25,437 nt of DNA, from IMG/VR virus record IMGVR_UViG_3300006120_000085, positions 1-25,437 of that record. One strand, written 5' to 3'. Source of the stretch: a virus. Taxonomy: Duplodnaviria; Caudoviricetes. Position 1 is the first letter of the stretch. Each line of letters starts with the position of its first letter. Shown here one piece after another: positions 17,861-24,617 of this stretch. The position numbers and the translations under genes were made by a program. The notes below the pieces were generated by a model. It made no database searches. It saw nothing but the letters and a program-made list of their open reading frames with translations, and was not told where the DNA came from.

Positions 17861-19570
17861 TTACATTACACCGGGTGGGCTTGCTGCGGGAGCGCCTGCA
17901 GCAGGAGCTGCGCCAGCTTCTGCACCCTGATCTAATGCACCGCCAGCTGGTTGTGCGCCAGCTTCGGGAGTAACGTTTTCAAGATCACTTGCAAGACCGC
18001 CAGGAGTAACACCAACGTTACGCAAGTTGGCTTGACCAGCATCTGCGCTTTCTGCTTTGCCTTTTTCTTCGGCCCACATAATCTCGTTTTCGCTCATCTC
18101 CATCTCACTTAAGCCCAAATAACGCTTCATCAAGAAACGTTTTGAGAAGTATGGATATTGCTCTAACTGTGTGAATGTCCCAATCTTGGCACCGTCAATA
18201 TCTGCCTGACGATACTGCGCAAAGTTCTGTGGCTCATTGAACTGTAGATCAAAAATCTGTCCGTCAATGTTGATGCCTCTCCAGCGCATAAACATCTTAA
18301 ACTCTTGATCCAGCTTGTCAATGACCATACCCTGTAAGCGCTTACAATACTGATTGAAACGCCATTCCTGAATCAGGGCTGTACCAACTTTACCATCGCT
18401 GATAGTCTGTGAACCATCGTCAATACCAGTTGGCAAGTAACTTGCAGGAATACGTAGACCACGGAATAGTTTGTTAGTAAAGAACTTCAAGTCTGTGATC
18501 TCACCTAAGTTTTGACCACCTGGTAAGATTTCAACGCTACTACCACGACCGTCAGCCGTCTGTGGGAAGAAGAAGTCTTCGTTAGTCTGCAATGGATTGT
18601 ATGTAGCATCCATCATATTCTGACCACTTGCTGATTGTGTTGGGATTCTGCGTTGATTGATTTCGTTTTTAATACGTTCAATAAAGGCCATAGCCATATG
18701 TGTTGGCATATTACCCACGTCAATCTTGAACATACGGCGTTCTGGCGCACGTTGCACACGATAGATAATGATCGAATCTTCAAGCAATTCTTTTTGTTTG
18801 AAAACTTTAAAGATGTTTTCTAGTACTGAGTTACCAAAAGGCCAGAATATATCAAGACCTTCAGTTAAACTTAAGTGTACAACGTGTTCAGCGTTGACCA
18901 CTGCTTCGTTTTGTGCGTGACTAAATCTTGAACCACCACTGTAAGGGCTGCGAGGTTGAACATAACTACCGCTTGGGCCACCTACTTGTGGGTGATTAGT
19001 GAATGTGTCTGACGTACTAACCGCAGTCACAGTCAAGTTTTGAAAGTTAGGGTTAATGTCTTTGACAACGTATTGTTCTGGCTTTTTGCCATCACTCTCG
19101 TTAACAATAACTTTGGTAACTTTTGACATTTCAACCCAAAATAACTTGAATGTCTCTGGGTCTCTGATGAAAACTTGATCGCCATACTTGATAGTATTGC
19201 GGAAAATTTTAAAGATACGCTTGTTAAATTCATTCAAAGTAATCCACTGTTGTAGCTGTTCTTTGATGATTTTGACTTCGTTGTCTGTGGGTTTTTCGTG
19301 GAAGTGCAGATCAAATGCACTGACGTTCTCTGTATTCTTCTGTGTGCTGAACTCAGCAAGAATGTCTAGGGCAGCGTTAACTTCGCTGTCCATGTCCATT
19401 TGTTCGTACTGATTATAACGTTCAATACGGTTTGGGTGTCCGATATAAACTTCAGGTAGTGTGCTGGCTGTGGCACGATACGCTGGGTTTACTGTCTGTG
19501 ACCCGCTGCCAATCGGGCTTACTGAACCCTGAAAGTTGCTGGTCTTAAAATACTTTTTCCATCCGGCCAT
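17861..19570 (-). CDS. gp20: Portal vertex protein (T4 gp20-like)
   Basis: LLED...IYR..RAPERR.F.IDVGNMP...A, EDFFFP...GRG..VE.LPGGQNLGEI.D..FF..KL.R.L.IP.S and E.RF..YC.RLQ are hallmark gp20 motifs. Confidence 0.97.
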   Translation of the reverse strand: MAGWKKYFKTSNFQGSVSPIGSGSQTVNPAYRATASTLPEVYIGHPNRIERYNQYEQMDMDSEVNAALDILAEFSTQKNTENVSAFDLHFHEKPTDNEVKIIKEQLQQWITLNEFNKRIFKIFRNTIKYGDQVFIRDPETFKLFWVEMSKVTKVIVNESDGKKPEQYVVKDINPNFQNLTVTAVSTSDTFTNHPQVGGPSGSYVQPRSPYSGGSRFSHAQNEAVVNAEHVVHLSLTEGLDIFWPFGNSVLENIFKVFKQKELLEDSIIIYRVQRAPERRMFKIDVGNMPTHMAMAFIERIKNEINQRRIPTQSASGQNMMDATYNPLQTNEDFFFPQTADGRGSSVEILPGGQNLGEITDLKFFTNKLFRGLRIPASYLPTGIDDGSQTISDGKVGTALIQEWRFNQYCKRLQGMVIDKLDQEFKMFMRWRGINIDGQIFDLQFNEPQNFAQYRQADIDGAKIGTFTQLEQYPYFSKRFLMKRYLGLSEMEMSENEIMWAEEKGKAESADAGQANLRNVGVTPGGLASDLENVTPEAGAQPAGGALDQGAEAGAAPAAGAPAASPPGVM

Positions 19571-19591
19571 GAATATATCCCTGTAATGCTA

Positions 19592-19599
19592 TATTTATA
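19592..19599 (-). promoter_or_regulatory. T4 late promoter TATAAATA
   Basis: Exact consensus, 21 nt upstream of the portal ATG. Confidence 0.85.
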
Positions 19600-19601
19600 G
19601 A

Positions 19602-21878
19602 TTACATACTTACATTAAGAAGTTTCTGCATTAGGTCTTTGTTGTCTTTAGCGTGGACAGCCATTTCTGAGCTTATATCTAGATGCTTGGCCATCATATC
19701 TTGTAGACCATTGAATGCGTTTGCAATCATATCGCCCTTATCAGACTGTGCTACTACTGTTGCACCAGTCTGTGCTCCCAATACTGTAATCAATTGATCA
19801 ATTTTTTGCATCAATTCTTCGCTACCACCACCTGCTCCTGACGCAGGAGTTCCGCCAACAGCTTTAACCAATTCGGTATATCCAGTGCTATTAGTGTCTA
19901 GCATACCTCCAGTTGTTGGAATGACAAGTTCAGTACCGTGTAGTTTCTCTAAGAATCCCGATGGGTCACCTGAAGCCCATCCACCGTCAGCCATACCAGA
20001 CCAACCCTTAAATCCACCGTAGATTGCGCCACCAATACCACCAAGCGCAGCACCAATGGCTGTACCAACCAATGGAACAACGCTGCCAACAATAGCACCT
20101 GCACCTGCGCCGACAGCGCCATAACCCAATGCTTGCTCACCAGCGCCAATGGCTTTTTCTTTTGTGGTCATATTAGCCATATGCACACCCTTCATCACAG
20201 TGTCAGATGCTTCTTTAAATGTATCTGCCAATAACTTAGCATACGTGTCAAGATGACTGCCAGTAAACTTCTCCATCGCAGCCGCTGCTTTTTGAGATTG
20301 TGCTGTGATGTTGGCAAAACTTTGTTCTGTACTACCAGTTTTGCCAGCAAGATTAGCCTGTGCATCTGCGCTCTTACTGCTGCTGTCTACCATCTCACCT
20401 AAATTTTGAGTACTCAACGATAGCATAGAGTTTTGAGTTTGAGAGAATGCGTCAATAGCTTCACCCGTTGCACCCATACCTTTTGCAAAGTCAGTAGCAG
20501 CCCCAACAGATCCTTTGTTTGCTGCGGCGGCTTCTTTTGAAGCGCTAGCCATTGTACCAATAGCACCTTTAAAGTCCATAGTACCAGACTTGACACCTTT
20601 GGCCATGTCTTCAATCATCTTACGAGCAGGACCCGAAGTATATCCAACAACGTTAGTAGTACCAGTTTTCATAATCTGATACAACGCTTGTCGTGCTTTG
20701 TCAGCGTCTGGGCCCATTTTCTCTAGCGCAGCAAAGCTAGCCTGATACGCAGTCTTTTGTTTTGCATCCAAATCACTCATCAAACTTGCTCGTTGTGTTT
20801 CAGCCGCAGCTTTGTCCATGAGTTTTTTAGCATCTTGACCAGTAATGTCACTGATAACTTTTAAATTCTTAGCATATTCACGAGTACCTTGGGCAAGCTC
20901 TGTGGGAGAAAGATTCTTTAAATCTACCCCAGTACGTTTTAGCTGAGACATATAATCAGCCTGAATAGCCATTTGGTCTTCATAGCTGTAACCCAAAGCC
21001 AACATTTCGTTACTCAGACTTGCACCGCTTTTACCAATAGTTTTGGTAGCTGCCGCAAACCCCTTTGCCAGCATTGCAGTACCCTCACCCTGTGAAAATC
21101 CTGCTTGTCTCAACGATTCACTTGATGTTGATGATGCCTTAGATAAGGTGGTAAGACTTAGACCAGCGTCATTGGCAAGATTACGCATCTCTGCCATACC
21201 ACCAGCAAAACTAGCACCCTGTTTGGTATAATCTTTCAGAGCCTGTGTAGACTTCTGAAATTCTTTGGCCATAACTTCGTTTGTGGCTTTTAGGATAGCA
21301 GCCGCAGCGTCACTGATACCAGTGACCAGACTGGCTAGCCCACCGACAAATGCGCCTGCAACAGGACCGAATGCATTAGCAAGTCCAGCAGCAGCATTGG
21401 CTACACCGTGAACTGCTGTGTTACCTGCGTCAATCCCAGCATTTAATACAGCGGCACCAGCAGCAATAGGATTGTTGGCAATGTCATCGTATGATGTTAA
21501 GAATGCAGTAGCTACACTGACAGCACTTTTTGCAATACTACCAAACGCACCAAATATCTCTTTGCCTGCGGCACCCATACCAGTTTTGGTCTTGTCCCAC
21601 ATCTCAGTGCGTTCTTTTTCACGCTTTTTCTTATCCTCAGCGGCCTTTCTCTCAGACGCAGTGAGTCCTTCTAAAGACTTTTCCCACTCTTTTGCAGCTT
21701 TTTGTGCTTCTGCTTCTTGCTTCTTGAGTTCAGCAGAACGTGCCTTTTCTTCTTTTCTCTTAGTGCCTTCGCTTTTCTGCATTGCTGCTAAGATTGCCAA
21801 GAGCGTGGCTTCACTGGCCGCATTTTCTGCTTCTACTGTGCCCACTCCGGGAATGTTGACCTTTACTGAACTTGCCAT
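19602..21878 (-). CDS. Tape-measure-like protein (758 aa)
   Basis: Ala-rich helical protein with a charged N-terminal coil, Gly/Ala hydrophobic stretches (GAGAGAIVGSVVPLVGTAIGAALGGIGGAIYG) and a C-terminal A.GG...G...G....LHG.E.V.P motif typical of tape measure proteins. Confidence 0.75.
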   Translation of the reverse strand: MASSVKVNIPGVGTVEAENAASEATLLAILAAMQKSEGTKRKEEKARSAELKKQEAEAQKAAKEWEKSLEGLTASERKAAEDKKKREKERTEMWDKTKTGMGAAGKEIFGAFGSIAKSAVSVATAFLTSYDDIANNPIAAGAAVLNAGIDAGNTAVHGVANAAAGLANAFGPVAGAFVGGLASLVTGISDAAAAILKATNEVMAKEFQKSTQALKDYTKQGASFAGGMAEMRNLANDAGLSLTTLSKASSTSSESLRQAGFSQGEGTAMLAKGFAAATKTIGKSGASLSNEMLALGYSYEDQMAIQADYMSQLKRTGVDLKNLSPTELAQGTREYAKNLKVISDITGQDAKKLMDKAAAETQRASLMSDLDAKQKTAYQASFAALEKMGPDADKARQALYQIMKTGTTNVVGYTSGPARKMIEDMAKGVKSGTMDFKGAIGTMASASKEAAAANKGSVGAATDFAKGMGATGEAIDAFSQTQNSMLSLSTQNLGEMVDSSSKSADAQANLAGKTGSTEQSFANITAQSQKAAAAMEKFTGSHLDTYAKLLADTFKEASDTVMKGVHMANMTTKEKAIGAGEQALGYGAVGAGAGAIVGSVVPLVGTAIGAALGGIGGAIYGGFKGWSGMADGGWASGDPSGFLEKLHGTELVIPTTGGMLDTNSTGYTELVKAVGGTPASGAGGGSEELMQKIDQLITVLGAQTGATVVAQSDKGDMIANAFNGLQDMMAKHLDISSEMAVHAKDNKDLMQKLLNVSM

Positions 21879-21888
21879 ATTGTGTCGC

Positions 21889-21896
21889 TATAAATA
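21889..21896 (+). promoter_or_regulatory. T4 late promoter TATAAATA (drives the plus-strand gene pair)
   Basis: Exact consensus, 35 nt upstream of ATG 21932. Confidence 0.8.
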
Positions 21897-21911
21897 TTGT
21901 ATTACTACATC

Positions 21912-21919
21912 TATTTATT
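21912..21919 (-). promoter_or_regulatory. Late promoter variant AATAAATA (drives the tape-measure gene)
   Basis: One mismatch to consensus, 33 nt upstream of ATG 21878. Confidence 0.6.
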
Positions 21920-21931
21920 GGAGTTCGAACC

Positions 21932-22777
21932 ATGGTTAACCAAGCTAATCCATTAGCCAAGCATTTCCGCCAACCCGCACTGTATCTTAGTCTACCCAGC
22001 AGAGGAGTGTTTTACCCTGAGGGAACAGTGGAACTATCTGCCACTGGGACTATACCCGTTTACCCAATGACAGTCAAAGATGAGTTGGCCTTGAAGACAC
22101 CAGATGCTTTATTGAACGGTCAAGCAGTTATTGATGTTATTCGCAGTTGCTGCCCTGGAATCAAGGACCCTTGGGAGATTCCTGCTGTGGATCTTGACCC
22201 TATATTCATTGCCATCAGATTGGCAAGTTATGGGAAAGTCATGGATTTCAGCGCTACTTGTACGCACTGCAAGACAGAAAGCGATTACTCAATAGACTTA
22301 AACATGGTTCTAGACAGTGTTGGTAAAGCAGATTACAACAGACCGTTTACGTTTGATAATCTAGTGTTCAAGTTCAAACCACAAAAGTACAGAAACATCA
22401 ACAAGATGGGTATGATTACATTTGAACAAGACAAGCTAATACAAAACGTTGTCAAGAATGAGACCCTGAGCGAAGAACAAAAGATGCTAGAATTCAAAAA
22501 GGGATTTGAAAAGATACGACAGTTGAATATCGATACTGTAGTAGACAGCATTGCCAGTGTTACCACAGAAGAAGGTGTAGTTGTCACAGACCCTGCAATG
22601 ATTGCTGAGTTCTTGGATAGTTGTAGTCGTCAGATATATGAAAGTATCAAATCATCTGTACAAGAACTAACAGATACTTTTAAGATCCAACCCCTACAAC
22701 TTAAATGCGATAATGAAGAATGCCAAAAACAATTTAGCACTGAGCTGACATTCGACCATAGCAATTTTTTCGGTTAA
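21932..22777 (+). CDS. T4 gp26/gp51-like baseplate hub assembly / tail chaperone protein (281 aa)
   Basis: LPS.G..Y......PMT.KDE..L, D...I.IAIR..S.G......C..C and a C-terminal C....C.......FF, matching the T4-like baseplate hub family pattern. True start is ATG 21932 (GGAG RBS, downstream of TATAAATA), not 21872. Confidence 0.75.
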   Translation: MVNQANPLAKHFRQPALYLSLPSRGVFYPEGTVELSATGTIPVYPMTVKDELALKTPDALLNGQAVIDVIRSCCPGIKDPWEIPAVDLDPIFIAIRLASYGKVMDFSATCTHCKTESDYSIDLNMVLDSVGKADYNRPFTFDNLVFKFKPQKYRNINKMGMITFEQDKLIQNVVKNETLSEEQKMLEFKKGFEKIRQLNIDTVVDSIASVTTEEGVVVTDPAMIAEFLDSCSRQIYESIKSSVQELTDTFKIQPLQLKCDNEECQKQFSTELTFDHSNFFG

Positions 22778-22782
22778 GGCTT

Positions 22783-23001
22783 TTGCGGATGGATGAAGCT
22801 GAGATTATCAGTTTCATTGAAGAACTAGAATCATCGGCAAAAGCCCTTAAACAAGAAACTCTATCTTTGTGCTGGTATATGCGTGGTGGTGTGACCTATG
22901 ACGAGGCAATGATGCTAAGTTTAGAAGAAAGAAACATCATCGGGGATATAGTTAAGAGCAATATGGAAGCTACTAAGAAGTCAGGACTTCCATTCTTCTA
23001 A
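22783..23001 (+). CDS. Small tail-assembly ORF; possibly the -1 frameshift extension of the upstream gene
   Basis: WYMRGGVTYDEAMMLSLEERNII. The frame is -1 relative to the upstream gene and open back through the slippery T TTT TTC at 22765-22771. Its own RBS is weak. Confidence 0.7.
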   Translation: MRMDEAEIISFIEELESSAKALKQETLSLCWYMRGGVTYDEAMMLSLEERNIIGDIVKSNMEATKKSGLPFF

Positions 23002-23090
23002 GATGTGCTACGCACATCCATTGATTCGCTTGCGCTCATCAATATTATTTTTAATTTATTGAAGGAATATAATCAAGGGGAGCGAAGCGA
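23002..23090. other. Hairpin cassette flanking an AT-rich core (origin-like, or bidirectional termination region)
   Basis: Minus strand GATGTGC-GTA-GCACATC (23002-23018) and ATTGAT-GA-GC-GCAA-GC-GA-ATCAAT (23020-23043), AT-rich 23041-23073, plus strand GA-GC-GAA-GC-GA (23080-23090). Confidence 0.45.
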
Positions 23091-23094
23091 CATT

Positions 23095-23469
23095 ACTGTT
23101 CATCTAGATTAATCGTCACACTTTGCCCGGTTACCCGGGACAAAAGGAAAGAGTTGCTTTCATCTGAGTAGCACATCACCTAGCGTTAGAGCAATTACAG
23201 AGGCGGTTGACCGGTACCTCGAGCTCCGTCTTATCAACGGCGATTCATATAATATACGCTAACATACTATATGAACGTGTAGCATCGCTGCTACGTCTTT
23301 TTGCCTATATTACATCCTATTCAAACAACCAAATCGCAGGTCTTACAAGCGATCTTCATCCAACTGGGTAGTGGTTGAGCACTCTTTACAGCAAAGAGAT
23401 TTCCGTCCGAGTGATCCTAGATCCTCTTATCGTGGGCACACGGAGTTAGCCTGTGCGAGCCGTACTGTA
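23095..23469 (-). ncRNA. Candidate large structured non-coding RNA, family not recognised
   Basis: ORF-free, GC-richer than the adjacent ORF, at least 9 helices. GNRA loops (GCGA at 23279-23294, GTAA at 23122-23144) and G-U pairs work on the minus strand. Boundaries are approximate. Confidence 0.6.
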
Positions 23470-24150
23470 TTACAATTTTTTTAAATCGGGGATTATGTTA
23501 GGATGCTGTTTAGAGAGCCAATAGTTTATGAGGTCGTATCTGATTAATTTGTATTTTAAGTTTAAGTGTTCTGTAATTCGCTGATAAGTTTGTTCAAATT
23601 TGTCTTGATTAATAATGTCAGATAGAGTTAGATTTAATACACTGGGATGTTCTATGTGATTATACGAGTACGCTTTGTTTGTTACAACAAAATCAGTCAA
23701 TTGATTTTTATTTTTTAAATTTGATAACCAATTTACTATATCGTTTTCGTAAGAGTTTGCCGGAGTGATTCTTATGATTTTTGCCTGAGAGAAATTTTCT
23801 AAAATTTTAGTGACTTCAATTATGCCATGATTGTGATTTGAAAGTATGATTTGATCGATTTTGCTGTAGTTGCTATTGTATTCGTTGGATAAAGTTTTGT
23901 TTATGTTCTCTACTACTAGTTCTAAACGTTTGTCGTTGTTAAGTTTTTTACTATTTGAATCCCGAAATATGACTTGTCCATTATCTGCTATACCCAAGAA
24001 TCTTGCTGCGGGTTTAGCATAATGTAATGAAATCATAGAAGCTATCAAATCTCCTGCTGCGCCAGCAGTGAAAACAACCCATATACAGGGATCGTCTTTG
24101 GTAAAATCTACAAAATCTACAAATTTCTCTACTTCAGGATTATAATCCAT
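23470..24150 (-). CDS. Hypothetical protein (226 aa), possibly sulfotransferase-like P-loop fold
   Basis: N-terminal beta-strand and Gly loop WVVFTAGAAGDLIASMI, central KIIRI strand and C-terminal VLNLTLSDII...F...Y.RI.EHLNL resembling the sulfotransferase 'l.i.yedl...l..i..fLgl' pattern. AT-rich; overlaps the upstream gene by 11 nt. Confidence 0.6.
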   Translation of the reverse strand: MDYNPEVEKFVDFVDFTKDDPCIWVVFTAGAAGDLIASMISLHYAKPAARFLGIADNGQVIFRDSNSKKLNNDKRLELVVENINKTLSNEYNSNYSKIDQIILSNHNHGIIEVTKILENFSQAKIIRITPANSYENDIVNWLSNLKNKNQLTDFVVTNKAYSYNHIEHPSVLNLTLSDIINQDKFEQTYQRITEHLNLKYKLIRYDLINYWLSKQHPNIIPDLKKL

Positions 24151-24577
24151 TGAGTTTGTTTAAAATGTGTGAGCCATGAACACGGACTGAGATTTGTCCG
24201 TTATAATAATCTGTTGATTCTAATACTCTGTGTGTAAATTGTTCTCGGGCTTCAATGTAGCTACATTCTGCCTTTGATTTACAAATATAAAGTATTTCTC
24301 TGGTAAAGTTTTCGGTGCCGTGAGTTTGAACGTCTTTGTTTAGTTGATCGTTTGAGCCATAATAGGTTTGCCAATCAGAGTCGATTTTGCTTCGAATCTT
24401 TTGCTTTTTCTTTTTGCCGTTCTTGAGTTTTACTGTTTTATAAGTGGTTTTTGCGAATTTCGCTAGTTTTTTGCCTATGTACTTTTTGCCAGATAGATTA
24501 TTTGTGATGAGATAGACGAAACCCACGCAGTCATCGGGAAGAGTTTCCACTGGTTTTCCTTGAAATATCCATGTCAT
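24140..24577 (-). CDS. Stand-alone GIY-YIG family nuclease (about 145 aa)
   Basis: GFVYLITN..SGKKYIGKK (GIY-YIG), W..Y.GS, F.REIL, conserved Glu helix (YIEAREQ) and YYN. Start at ATG 24577 or TTG 24580. Confidence 0.85.
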   Translation of the reverse strand: MTWIFQGKPVETLPDDCVGFVYLITNNLSGKKYIGKKLAKFAKTTYKTVKLKNGKKKKQKIRSKIDSDWQTYYGSNDQLNKDVQTHGTENFTREILYICKSKAECSYIEAREQFTHRVLESTDYYNGQISVRVHGSHILNKLNGL

Positions 24578-24617
24578 CAACTACTTAGTTTTCAATGTGC
24601 CATGATAAAAATATTAG

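Noticed and set aside
21872-21931. Track start at 21872 for the 301-aa ORF
   Set aside because: It overlaps the divergent tape-measure start and lies upstream of its own late promoter. ATG 21932 has a GGAG RBS.
309-22587. Numerous short ORFs in the track that are antisense or out of frame inside the long genes (e.g. 919-1269, 12456-12893, 16744-17133, 21418-21939, 22333-22587)
   Set aside because: They lie within or across clearly real genes, lack RBS or promoter support and read as shadow translations of biased codons.
23155-23170. Hammerhead ribozyme core, suggested by CAGATGAAAG
   Set aside because: It does not match CUGAUGA...GAAA with the three required stems.
23095-23469. RNase P RNA, suggested by CTAGATGAA and a GTAA-loop stem
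   Set aside because: The universal P4 elements GAGGAAAGTCC and ACAGAACCCGGCTTA are absent.
23095-23469. Group I or group II intron, suggested by the GIY-YIG neighbour, GTGTGCCC and GAGCCGTA
   Set aside because: No P7/R-S motifs, no complete domain V helix and no interrupted host gene; the flanking genes are intact and convergent.
24140-24577. Classical mobile Seg/I-TevI homing endonuclease
   Set aside because: Only the catalytic domain is present, with no recognisable C-terminal DNA-binding modules and no intron context, so it is kept as a GIY-YIG nuclease of unknown role.
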